A DNA stretch of 64,000 nt from Candidatus Heimdallarchaeota archaeon. Lineage in GTDB: Archaea; Asgardarchaeota; Heimdallarchaeia; JABLTI01. The notes below the pieces were generated by a model. It did no database searches and was not told the DNA's origin. It saw only the letters and a program-made list of their open reading frames with translations. A program made the translations under genes and the position numbers. The stretch covers positions 192,001 to 256,000 of the forward strand of contig JABCTZ010000036.1 in NCBI GenBank assembly GCA_018238155.1, written 5' to 3'. Numbering within the stretch: the first letter of the stretch is position 1; every line of letters begins with the position of its first letter. Below, piece by piece: positions 9,887 to 18,906 of the stretch.

Positions 9887-10966
9887 CTATTTCCAAATTA
9901 ACTCATCTAATCTTTTTATTAAATCAACATCTTCAGATTCAACAAAATAAGCACGTAAATCTTGAAGTAGAACTCTTCCAAAATAATCTGCTTCGATTTC
10001 TTGCAAAATGATTGCATTGTCAATAAGTCGAACCAATAATTCAAACTCATATTTCGAAGGATTTTTCTTAGAAAAATAGGTATTACATTCTATACCGGAA
10101 ATTCTCATAGTTGTTTTCTTAGGTGGAATAAGAGATTTTATTTTTTCATCATAAAACGAACGTTGAAGTTTGATAATTAAATCTCGAGTGAAGGCTTTGT
10201 TAAAAACTTGTTTTAATTCGGTTAAGGTTTTCCTTTGAATACTATCTTTTGGGTAAATATTCATATGAAGGTCAAATGCGAGAAAAACATTTCCTGTCCC
10301 AGTTCTTGTTGCAAATCCTTTCTCATCTCCTGGGATGATTACTTCTACAATTCGATCCAATGGACTCTTCTCAGAAGCTATTGAAATTAATGTGGACTTT
10401 TCATCTTTGCTGTAGGTTATTTTACTCCAAAAATCATTAAAATTATGAAGCAATACCTCTTTCATTTTTGCAATATCAACGATAACTTCTGCAGAAGTCT
10501 CACACTCAATTGTGTGCATTATACTAACATTTTGCTCGATTTTCAATTCCTTTTCTTGGAAACTCAGCTTGACAACTTTTTCTTTGGTAATGGTAAAATA
10601 ATCAATTGTTCTGGATGTACAGCGCGCAAAAGTAACAATTGAATTTAAGCCCGTAACTGACTTTTTTATCTTGCCTATTATTTCATTTGAAAACTCGTTA
10701 TTTGAATAAAACACTATTCCTACAATTTCTAATGAATACGGTAAAATATATTTTAGACTTGTCAGTTGATTAATATCATCTTGATTAATGGTAAATTGTT
10801 CACAATTTTCATGTCTCTTAGTGAAATGCATTCCAGATAAAATTGAAACTTTGTTTTCTTGAGCTTCAACAAAACCAATTAAGACTGAGAATTTTATCGA
10901 ATCTTTCTGTTGATTTGCTATAGCTTTTAGTTGTTTATTAACATCTTTTTTTATAAACAGTGTCAT
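9887..10966 (-). CDS. Hypothetical protein with inactive MPN-like N-terminal domain (ODR-4-like)
   Basis: VLIG...ILPYSLEIVGIVF resembles the ODR-4 GLLIG...MLPGGxxVLGVF pattern; no JAMM HxH motif. The ORF is solid; the function call is tentative. Confidence 0.45.
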   Translation of the reverse strand: MTLFIKKDVNKQLKAIANQQKDSIKFSVLIGFVEAQENKVSILSGMHFTKRHENCEQFTINQDDINQLTSLKYILPYSLEIVGIVFYSNNEFSNEIIGKIKKSVTGLNSIVTFARCTSRTIDYFTITKEKVVKLSFQEKELKIEQNVSIMHTIECETSAEVIVDIAKMKEVLLHNFNDFWSKITYSKDEKSTLISIASEKSPLDRIVEVIIPGDEKGFATRTGTGNVFLAFDLHMNIYPKDSIQRKTLTELKQVFNKAFTRDLIIKLQRSFYDEKIKSLIPPKKTTMRISGIECNTYFSKKNPSKYEFELLVRLIDNAIILQEIEADYFGRVLLQDLRAYFVESEDVDLIKRLDELIWK

Positions 10967-11115
10967 TCAGATAACCTTAACAAACACTTGTTATCTTCTT
11001 TTTAAAGTTCATTTTGAAATTGAGTAAAACTAAGTCAATAATGTGTAATAATATTGTAAGGACAATACTTTTTTATTTTGATTTCCTTGTTCAATAAAGA
11101 AAAAACAAAACATGG

Positions 11116-12072
11116 TTGTTTAAAATGAAACGAATACTTGTTATAGGTTCTGGCGGACAAATTGGAAGCGAGTTAGTTCCTTTTCTCAGAAAAAAGTATG
11201 GAAAAGAAAATGTTATTGCTACTGGTCGACGAACAGTACTTCCCAAAGTAATAACTGAAGGCGGACCTTGGGTTTATCTTGATGCTCTTAATCAAGAATC
11301 TCTAAAGAAAGTCATTTATGAAAATTCTATAGATCACATTTTCCATATGGCTTCAGTTCTCTCAGCAACAGGAGAAAAAATACCTCAAACTGCTTGGGAT
11401 ATCAATGTAAATGGTCTGATCAATGTCTTAGAAGTCTCAAGACGATATGGTGTTGAAAGAGTCATTTGGCCAAGTTCTATCGCTGCTTTTGGTCCAACAA
11501 CTCCTCGTGAAAACACACCAAATGAGACAATTTTACAACCAACGACAATGTACGGAATAACAAAGGTTTCTGGAGAATTGTTAGCAGAATACTATTACAA
11601 AAAATATGGTTTGTTAACATTGTCTATGAGGTTACCTGGTATTATCAGTAGTGAAACTGCTCCTGGTGGAGGTACCACAGATTATGCTGTCGAAATCTTT
11701 TATGAAGCGATTAAGAATAAAAAATACACTTGCTTTTTGAAAGAAGATACAAAGTTGCCAATGATGTATCAACCGGATTGTTTGAAATGTCATGTTAATT
11801 TTGTAGAAATTGATGAATCTAAATTCAAGAGACATGTCTACAATGTAACTGGTGTTTCTTTCACTGCAGGTGAACTTGCAGCAGAAATTAAGAAGATTAT
11901 TCCCGAATTCACTATTGATTATAAACCTGATTTCCGACAAGAGATAGCTGATTCATGGCCAAAGTCAATTGATGATTCCGTTGCTCGAAAAGAGTGGGGT
12001 TGGAATCCAAAGTATGATTTAGCTGGAATTACTAAAGACATGATAGAAAAACTTAGTAAAAGATTAGTTTAG
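11116..12072 (+). CDS. L-threonine 3-dehydrogenase, SDR (NAD-dependent epimerase/dehydratase) type
   Basis: ILVIGSGGQIGSEL, LSATGE, PSSIAAFG, PTTMYGITK, PGGGTTDYAV, RQEIADSWP. Confidence 0.92.
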   Translation: MFKMKRILVIGSGGQIGSELVPFLRKKYGKENVIATGRRTVLPKVITEGGPWVYLDALNQESLKKVIYENSIDHIFHMASVLSATGEKIPQTAWDINVNGLINVLEVSRRYGVERVIWPSSIAAFGPTTPRENTPNETILQPTTMYGITKVSGELLAEYYYKKYGLLTLSMRLPGIISSETAPGGGTTDYAVEIFYEAIKNKKYTCFLKEDTKLPMMYQPDCLKCHVNFVEIDESKFKRHVYNVTGVSFTAGELAAEIKKIIPEFTIDYKPDFRQEIADSWPKSIDDSVARKEWGWNPKYDLAGITKDMIEKLSKRLV

Positions 12073-12137
12073 CAAGCAAATTTGAAGAAGCTTTTGCTTC
12101 TTTAATCATTTTTTTCACAGTTATTCGAGGAGATTTT

Positions 12138-12755
12138 TTGAAAGATAAAGAAATAGTTCGACAAGGATATAATGAAATTGCTTCACAATATCATGCTGCA
12201 CGAAATGAAGAGCTAGCTGAGATGGAATTATTACCTGATTTTATGGAATTAATTCCTAAAGGTGGCAAAGTTCTAGATGCTGGATGTGGTGGAGGGCATC
12301 CTTTTACAAAATTACTGAGCAATCATTTTGATGTTCTTGGTGTAGATTTTTCAGAAAAACAAATAGAATTAGCAAAGAAAAATGCTCCTCAAGCAGATTT
12401 TCGATGTTTAGATATGACTAAATTATCCTTTATTGATGAATATTTCAATGGAATCTTCTCTTACTATGCGATAATTCACATTCCTCGAGAAGAACAGTAT
12501 GATTTGCTAACCAATTTTTACCGAATGCTAAAACCAAACGGAGTCGCACTATTAACATTTCATAGTAAGGATGATCCCGGTTCGTATTTCGATGATTTTT
12601 TTGGCACCAATATGTTTTGGAGCGGTTATAATTCTGAAACAAATATTGCAATGGTTAAGAAAGCTGGTTTTGAAATCATTTGGTCTAAATTTATTGCTGA
12701 TAGTTTGGGTGATTCTATTCATCATTTTATGCTTCTTGAGAAAAAGAGCAAATAG
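12138..12755 (+). CDS. Class I SAM-dependent methyltransferase
   Basis: VLDAGCGGG motif I, GVDFSEKQ, YAIIHIPRE, LKPNG. Confidence 0.9.
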   Translation: MKDKEIVRQGYNEIASQYHAARNEELAEMELLPDFMELIPKGGKVLDAGCGGGHPFTKLLSNHFDVLGVDFSEKQIELAKKNAPQADFRCLDMTKLSFIDEYFNGIFSYYAIIHIPREEQYDLLTNFYRMLKPNGVALLTFHSKDDPGSYFDDFFGTNMFWSGYNSETNIAMVKKAGFEIIWSKFIADSLGDSIHHFMLLEKKSK

Positions 12756-12881
12756 AATAATGAACTCTTCCATTAATTTTTTATAATTTGAATATATGTT
12801 AAACTGTGAGCGCAGTTATATCACAATGATATATACACTAAAATTGAAATAAGGTTTTAGTGAAGTTCGGTGTGAACATCT

Positions 12882-14720
12882 ATGGTTGAGTTTGGCTTAG
12901 ATTTCTATTTAATAATAATATTATCTTTTATTGAATTAGTCATACTTGCTATTTTCACCGTTCTATATTTCAAGAAGAAGCAACCTGCTTTCCAAGCTTT
13001 AATAATTTCTGCACTTCTATTTCTTATGGGAAATATTGTATCTATCATTCATATTTTAATGCCACACTTGGTTGGATTACTTTTCTTTCAAGGACTGTTA
13101 GGTGCAGCCGGACTTGCTCCTATTGTTGTTTTCCTTGAGATTTTTGAAAATGGAACCTCTTTTAATCAAAGGAGTTCTTCATCAGTTATTTTCATTCTAC
13201 TTATTGGTGCAATTAAGGGTGGCTCGAAAGTACTAGTCGCAATAAGTGATATATTACAAGATTTACCAATAGAGTTTGGATTAAGAAGTATCTTGAATTC
13301 TACAGAAGTAGAGTTGGGAAAATTCTTCAGTTTTATAGCACCAATATTGTTTATTCTAGTTGGTTCTCTGTATGTCAATACTCTCTCCAAAATGAAGGAT
13401 CGTATTCGCTTTGAAAATCAAAAGAAGAAGATTCGAAAAGTAAAAACAGGCGTTTATCTTACATTTATTATACCTAAATTTATTTCCGGGTCTATTTTCA
13501 CTTTGAGTATTTTACCTGTATTTATCTTCAAAGATTTCGATATTAATCTTATATTGGGTCAATCTAATATTTTCGATTTGATTGTTAATGCTATTCAAAT
13601 TACAGGTTTAGTAGTCTTGAGTTTACCTATTATTGTCAGTGGTTCAGTATTCTTCATGCAATCAAGGAAAGTTTCAAGGTTAATAGTTATTAATAGAGAT
13701 GCTATCCCAATCTTTGAGTTTGCTTTTGAAAAGGAAGATTCATTCTGTGACGATGTGATGCTTAAAGAGGCTTACAATTCTATTAGTTCAATAATGAATG
13801 ATGGGGGTATAGCTTGTCAAGAATTAAAGTCAATGAATTTTAGTGATGTACAGATCATGGTGGACGTTAGAGATGATTTTGCTGTTTTATTAGTTACAGA
13901 TAGACCAACATTGTTCTTAAACAAAGCAGTGGAATCTTTTGCGAATGATTTTCAATTAATATTCCCTCAAAATTCAGACTTAAATCAAATTAGAACTCAG
14001 AAGATTAAATTTACTACTGAGAAAATGATTCAGAAAAACTTTAGTTTGGAACAAGAAGAAATTGAACAGATACGCTCAATTGTTAGTATAGGTTTTGACA
14101 AAGTAGGAATTAAATATTCGAAAATGAGATTGGAATCTGATGAAGAAGTGCAATTACTTCCGGATTTCATGAATCGCTTACCATCTAACGCTTTAGTTTT
14201 GGATGCAGGTTGTGGTGCAGGTGAACCAATTACCAAAATTCTAAGTGAACGTTTCAATGTGGTTGGAGTTGATGTTTCACGAAAACAAGTTGAAGCTGCT
14301 CGAAGAATACTTCCGGCATGTGAGTTCATCTGGCAAGATATGACTACACTTGCGTATCCTAATGGTCATTTTGATGGAATTATTTCTTACTATGCTATAC
14401 AACATGTTCCAAGAGAAGAACACATTGGGTTAATAGATAATTTCTACCGAATGCTAAAAGAAGGTGGATATGCTCTGCTCTGTTTTGGCACGGATGATGA
14501 TCAAGGGACAGTTATTGATGATTTCTTTGGTGTGAAAATGTATTGGAGTAGTTTTGATGCAGGGACAAATGTTGAAATGTTAAAAGAAACAGGATTCCAT
14601 GTTACATGGTTAAAATTCATCTTCGATGACTTGACAGAGGAACAACATATTTTTGTTTTAGCTCAAAAACCACACAAAGAACTACTTGATGAAATAAAAG
14701 AGAGAAAAAGAATTGATTGA
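12882..14720 (+). CDS. Multi-pass membrane protein + longin-like domain + class I SAM methyltransferase fusion
   Basis: About 7 hydrophobic segments; then RLIVINRDAIPIFEFAF longin-like region; then VLDAGCGAG MTase domain closely paralogous to 12138..12755. Confidence 0.75.
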   Translation: MVEFGLDFYLIIILSFIELVILAIFTVLYFKKKQPAFQALIISALLFLMGNIVSIIHILMPHLVGLLFFQGLLGAAGLAPIVVFLEIFENGTSFNQRSSSSVIFILLIGAIKGGSKVLVAISDILQDLPIEFGLRSILNSTEVELGKFFSFIAPILFILVGSLYVNTLSKMKDRIRFENQKKKIRKVKTGVYLTFIIPKFISGSIFTLSILPVFIFKDFDINLILGQSNIFDLIVNAIQITGLVVLSLPIIVSGSVFFMQSRKVSRLIVINRDAIPIFEFAFEKEDSFCDDVMLKEAYNSISSIMNDGGIACQELKSMNFSDVQIMVDVRDDFAVLLVTDRPTLFLNKAVESFANDFQLIFPQNSDLNQIRTQKIKFTTEKMIQKNFSLEQEEIEQIRSIVSIGFDKVGIKYSKMRLESDEEVQLLPDFMNRLPSNALVLDAGCGAGEPITKILSERFNVVGVDVSRKQVEAARRILPACEFIWQDMTTLAYPNGHFDGIISYYAIQHVPREEHIGLIDNFYRMLKEGGYALLCFGTDDDQGTVIDDFFGVKMYWSSFDAGTNVEMLKETGFHVTWLKFIFDDLTEEQHIFVLAQKPHKELLDEIKERKRID

Positions 14721-14744
14721 GGATTTCTCCTCAAAAATGTTTTT

Positions 14745-15983
14745 TTACAATATTTTTAATTCTTTACCAATTTTCTCAAAAGCTGCTAAAGCAGTAGTAA
14801 GATGTTCTTTTTCCAAACCGGCAGTCATCATTACTCTGATTCTAGCTGTTCCTCGTGGAACCATTGGGAAAACGATTGGCAGAGCGAAAATTCCTTCTTC
14901 ATAGAGCCTATTGCTCATTGCTTTTGCGACATCATTTTCACCACAAATGATAGGTGTAATTGCTGTAGGTGTATTTGCTGCTGCAACAGTAATTTCATGA
15001 TTAAATCCAAGATCGACAATTCCTTTTTTGAAGAAACTACCATTGTCTAGAAGCTTAGCAACTACATTATCAAATTTGCCATCTTTATTTTCAAGAACAT
15101 CAATTGATCCAATAGAAGCTCCTGCTACCGCAGGGGGATGAGAACCACTTAGAAGATATGTTCGAGTTTTATTCCGGCAGAAATTAACTAGGTCTTTTGA
15201 ACCTGTAATTGCACCACCGACAGTTCCCATAGCTTTACTAAAGGTGTTCATTTCAACCTGTACTTTACCTTGTAAACCAAAATGATCGACAATGCCCTTA
15301 CCTTTTTTATCTCTACCAAGAACACCATCTCCATGAGCATCATCCACATAAATCATAGCGCCATATTGTTCACAGATTTTTTGGATTTCATCTAGTTTAG
15401 CCATATCTCCATCCATACTAAAAACACCATCTGTGATAACCAAAATTCTGCGAGCGTTTACTTTCTCAGCATTTTTCAGACACTGTTCTAAACCAGCCAT
15501 GTCTGAGTGTGTATATCTGAAATCAGAACCTCGTTGAGCTTTGGCTAAACGTACACCATCAATTATCGATCCATGGTTTAATTCATCAGAAATAATAACA
15601 TCTTCTTTGCTTGGAACTAATTGAGGAATGACACCGGCATTTGCAGCATATCCAGTTTGGGTTATCATCACCGCTTCTTGTTCCTTAAATGCAGCAAGTC
15701 TCCTTTCTAACTCTTCATGGATAAACATATTTCCAGCAATTGCTCGAACTGAACCTGAACCCGCACCAAATTCTTCCACTGCCTCAAGTGCTTTCTTTAC
15801 TACATGTGGATGTGTGCTTAAATTCAAGTAATTATTTGAACACATCATAATTACTTCTTTACCCTCAACTTTGCACACGGGGTCAGATCCTGATTCAAGT
15901 GTTTTATGTTTCCAATCTAAATTCCTAGTCACCAAATCATCATATTCAGCTTTCATAAAACCGACTGGGTCTCTTGTTGTCAT
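14745..15983 (-). CDS. kbl: Glycine C-acetyltransferase (2-amino-3-ketobutyrate CoA ligase), AOS family PLP enzyme
   Basis: CSNNYLNL, GAGSGSVRAIAG, SDELNHGSIIDG, TDGVFSMDGD, DDAHG, TFSKAMG; located near tdh. Confidence 0.85.
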   Translation of the reverse strand: MTTRDPVGFMKAEYDDLVTRNLDWKHKTLESGSDPVCKVEGKEVIMMCSNNYLNLSTHPHVVKKALEAVEEFGAGSGSVRAIAGNMFIHEELERRLAAFKEQEAVMITQTGYAANAGVIPQLVPSKEDVIISDELNHGSIIDGVRLAKAQRGSDFRYTHSDMAGLEQCLKNAEKVNARRILVITDGVFSMDGDMAKLDEIQKICEQYGAMIYVDDAHGDGVLGRDKKGKGIVDHFGLQGKVQVEMNTFSKAMGTVGGAITGSKDLVNFCRNKTRTYLLSGSHPPAVAGASIGSIDVLENKDGKFDNVVAKLLDNGSFFKKGIVDLGFNHEITVAAANTPTAITPIICGENDVAKAMSNRLYEEGIFALPIVFPMVPRGTARIRVMMTAGLEKEHLTTALAAFEKIGKELKIL

Positions 15984-16184
15984 CGTTTTGCACCGAAAAA
16001 TATCTTTTTTGTTCTATGTTTAACTCTCTCTTCTCTATTTTAAACTTTTTTTAACATAAAGTATTACTTGAAAACAAAAGCTTTTATGTCGTGCATTACT
16101 TTTTTCAACTGTATTTGAAACAGTTTGATAGAAGATTTTTTATCTGACTGGTTTTGCTACTAATCAAGGAAGTGAACAAATAAT

Positions 16185-17027
16185 ATGTCCAAAAAAAGCA
16201 GATTAGAAGATGATTTATTCGATCCTGAAAAAGATGTAGAATCTACCTTTGAAGGGTATCCGAAAAGAAATGAGCTTGTAGTGGCCAATGTTGAAGAAGT
16301 AATGGGTCATGGTTGCTATGTTTCTTTGACTGAATTCAATAAAAGAAAAGCTTATGTTCATATCTCTGAACTCTCAAGAACTTGGGTAAAGAATATTAGA
16401 GTGCATGTACGAGAAGGTCAAAGAATCGTTGCCAAAGTTTTAAGAGTAGATCCATACAAAGGACAAATCGATTTGAGTATTAAACGTGTCCCAGAACAAA
16501 TGAAGAAATTGAAAATTCTTGAAGCTAAAAGAGGACAAACAGCAAAAACTCTCTTTAAAATGGTTACAGATAAGATGTCAAAAGAAGATTTAGAACAAGT
16601 TGGTGAAGTAAGAGAAATATTGGTTACTCATCATGAATTGCTCTATTATGCTCTTGAATTTGCATCAACCGCATCTCAAAAGAATCTAACGGATATGGGA
16701 ATCCCCGAGAAATGGGCAAAAACATTACGAAAAGTGGCATCTGATAATATTGTCCCTGCAACAGTAGAAATTAAAGGTATAGCCGAAATTGTTATTCCTA
16801 GTGGAAATGGTTTGACTCATCTCAAAGAAGCTCTTATCCTTGGCAGAGATAATTTAGAAGAAAAGAATACAAGTATCAAAATCTATACTGTTGGTAGCCC
16901 AAGATATTCTATAGAAGTTCAAGCAGAAGATTATAAAGTTGCTGAAAAGGCATTAGAAAATGCTCTTGGTCGAATTGAAAAGTCCGTTGAAAAACATCAT
17001 GGAACATTTTCCTTTAAGCGAAAATAG
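16185..17027 (+). CDS. eif2a: Translation initiation factor aIF2 alpha subunit
   Basis: S1 domain YVHISELSRTWVKNIR...KVLRVDPYKGQIDLSIKRV; C-terminal GSPRY...DYKVAE; followed by Nop10. Confidence 0.95.
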   Translation: MSKKSRLEDDLFDPEKDVESTFEGYPKRNELVVANVEEVMGHGCYVSLTEFNKRKAYVHISELSRTWVKNIRVHVREGQRIVAKVLRVDPYKGQIDLSIKRVPEQMKKLKILEAKRGQTAKTLFKMVTDKMSKEDLEQVGEVREILVTHHELLYYALEFASTASQKNLTDMGIPEKWAKTLRKVASDNIVPATVEIKGIAEIVIPSGNGLTHLKEALILGRDNLEEKNTSIKIYTVGSPRYSIEVQAEDYKVAEKALENALGRIEKSVEKHHGTFSFKRK

Positions 17028-17071
17028 AGTAGCATAATAAATCAAATAAAATTGAAGGCAGGTAAGAAACA

Positions 17072-17254
17072 ATGTCAATTCTGAAATGTGCAAAATGTGG
17101 ACAATATACCCTGAAGGAAATTTGTCCCGTGTGCAAAGAAAAAGCAATCAATCCTGCTCCAGCAAAATTTTCAATAGTACATTCCCAAAAATATGGCAAA
17201 TATCGAAGGGAACTAATGAGACAAGCAAAAGAAAGAGAACAAACAAAAGAGTAA
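17072..17254 (+). CDS. nop10: H/ACA RNP protein Nop10
   Basis: ILKCAKCGQYTLKEICPVC...PAKFS...KYGKYRR; conserved position after aIF2-alpha. Confidence 0.93.
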   Translation: MSILKCAKCGQYTLKEICPVCKEKAINPAPAKFSIVHSQKYGKYRRELMRQAKEREQTKE

Positions 17255-17314
17255 TTAAACGTTCACTTCCAAAAATTACTCTTCCTTATCTTCTTTTTAT
17301 AAAATTAATACTAT

Positions 17315-17414
17315 TGGTGCACCGCCCGGGATTTGAACCCGGGTTCCGACCTATCTCCTTGAGTTACAATCTCTACTGGGAGGGTCGAGTCTTGCCAGGC
17401 TGGACCAGCGGTGC
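17315..17414 (-). tRNA. tRNA-Gly(CCC) with 24-nt intron at canonical 37/38 position (intron 17353..17376), CCA encoded
   Basis: Minus strand GCACCGC...GCGGTGC-ACCA acceptor stem; CGACC/GGTCG anticodon stem with CT-CCC-A; GGTTCAAATCC T-loop; BHB central helix CTCC/GGAG. Confidence 0.93.
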
Positions 17415-17426
17415 AAAATAAATTTG

Positions 17427-17493
17427 CGCGAACTATCTACTCAAAATCCTCAACATCAATGTTCAGCTAGGGCCAGAACGATCATCGTTCGCG
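17427..17493 (-). ncRNA. Candidate small structured RNA (C/D-box-like) immediately upstream of tRNA-Gly
   Basis: 7-bp terminal stem CGCGAAC/GTTCGCG; C-like CGATGA, D'-like CTGA, C'-like TTGATGT, weak D; GC-enriched relative to flanks. Confidence 0.4.
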
Positions 17494-17617
17494 TGTTTTA
17501 TTTTGTTCTCTTAAAACAAAAAAAGGTTTCGAGATATTTGAAGCAAAAGATTAGAAAAAGCATTCTCTACGTGTAATTAAACTATGAATAAAATAGGAAA
17601 TAAGAAATGACTAAGAC

Positions 17618-18346
17618 TTATTTTATTTTTTTCAAACGTTTCTGCACTGCTTCACTCTGTAATTCCTTTAAAGCATCCTTAGCAACCCACTTTGCACTTG
17701 GAAAGTCCATGAGTAGAATCTCATTGCTAAACATAATTGCTTCTTTGTTTAGATTTCGGTTTCTTTTACCAATTTGTCTTAGAGCCCAGTTTACACTTTT
17801 CTTAACCATATTTCTAGGGTCTGATGCTCCCTTTTGTATCAAAGGCAGAAAAGAAATGAAAACAGCATCATCTGCTTTTTTATCACTAACGGCTAGTCTG
17901 GCGATTAATACATACCCTGCTCTTTTGACATATTCTTCTTCTCTTTTCGTCCAATCAATTACTTTCTGATAAGCATATTTTGTTCGTTCAAATAAATTCA
18001 TAATACACTGATCACAAATTTCCCAATAATCAAAATCGCTTGCCCATCCCTCTAGCTGAGTCTCAGTTACAAAATCAGGATCATCAATCATGCAAGCTAT
18101 GATTCTTGTTTCTCTATAGTTCAAATCCCATAAATCTAGTGCCAATTGATGGTCGATACCAATTTCTTTGGCAAGTTTACGGAGAATAGGAATTTTAATA
18201 CCAAAAGCATTTTCTGGAGTGATGCCATATGTTGCCATCCCTTCAATAGCTTCTGGATTCTTTAGCTCCTCCAATTTTTCAATAATTATTGCTATATTGG
18301 ATAATTTACTAATAACCAACTTTTCCACAAAACTCCTGCAAAGCAA
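17618..18346 (-). CDS. DNA alkylation repair protein (AlkD-like HEAT-repeat glycosylase family)
   Basis: FGIKIPILRKLAK, DFDYWEICD, EYVKRAG, DPRNMVKKSVNWALRQIGKRN. Confidence 0.9.
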   Translation of the reverse strand: MLCRSFVEKLVISKLSNIAIIIEKLEELKNPEAIEGMATYGITPENAFGIKIPILRKLAKEIGIDHQLALDLWDLNYRETRIIACMIDDPDFVTETQLEGWASDFDYWEICDQCIMNLFERTKYAYQKVIDWTKREEEYVKRAGYVLIARLAVSDKKADDAVFISFLPLIQKGASDPRNMVKKSVNWALRQIGKRNRNLNKEAIMFSNEILLMDFPSAKWVAKDALKELQSEAVQKRLKKIK

Positions 18347-18382
18347 AGAGAAGAAAATAATAAAAGAAGAATGTTTTATTAT

Positions 18383-18751
18383 TTATTCTTCTTCTTCTTG
18401 GCTTTCTTCAATGAATTTATTTAGTATCGTTTGGGCATCAGGAAAACTTTCATCTTCAATTTTGGCCATTGTCCCATTGCGACCTAAAGAAAGTTGAGCA
18501 CGACCTTGCCAAACGTTGGTGTATCCTTCCTCTATTTTTAATAGATCGCCAAAACTGACTTCATTAATTTTCGAACCCCAGAAACTCATTGTTGTAGTTC
18601 CTGTTTCGTCACCAACTTTGACATCACATACACGAGAATGACCAAATTTGGTTTTGACTGTTCTTGGTTCACCCTTTATAATAACTCGCACAATAATATT
18701 TATCCCTGGTTGTTTGATAGGTTTCAAATCTTTTACTTTAATAAATGACAT
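18383..18751 (-). CDS. Single OB-fold ssDNA-binding protein (crenarchaeal SSB / hSSB1-like)
   Basis: VKDLKP...VGDETGTTTMSFWG...GYTNVWQGRAQLSLGRNG; acidic tail EESQEEEE. Confidence 0.88.
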   Translation of the reverse strand: MSFIKVKDLKPIKQPGINIIVRVIIKGEPRTVKTKFGHSRVCDVKVGDETGTTTMSFWGSKINEVSFGDLLKIEEGYTNVWQGRAQLSLGRNGTMAKIEDESFPDAQTILNKFIEESQEEEE

Positions 18752-18906
18752 TTTACTTCCTCGGTTTAGTTCAATGTTTTTTATATTTATTATCTATATT
18801 GGAAATTACCTCTATTAGTATTTTCTGTAAAAATAGCTAATTTTCATTAACATTTTTTTCAACTTTTAAACGACAATTTTTTATTTAATACAGTCTCATT
18901 TTTGTA

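Noticed and set aside
17086-17421. 111-aa ORF on the + strand
   Set aside because: Overlaps Nop10 out of frame and runs antisense through tRNA-Gly; spurious
17467-17480. Guide spacer targeting the conserved 23S segment CUGGGUUUAGA
   Set aside because: Pairing needs several G-U wobbles and at least one mismatch against recalled consensus, and the organism's own rRNA is not available
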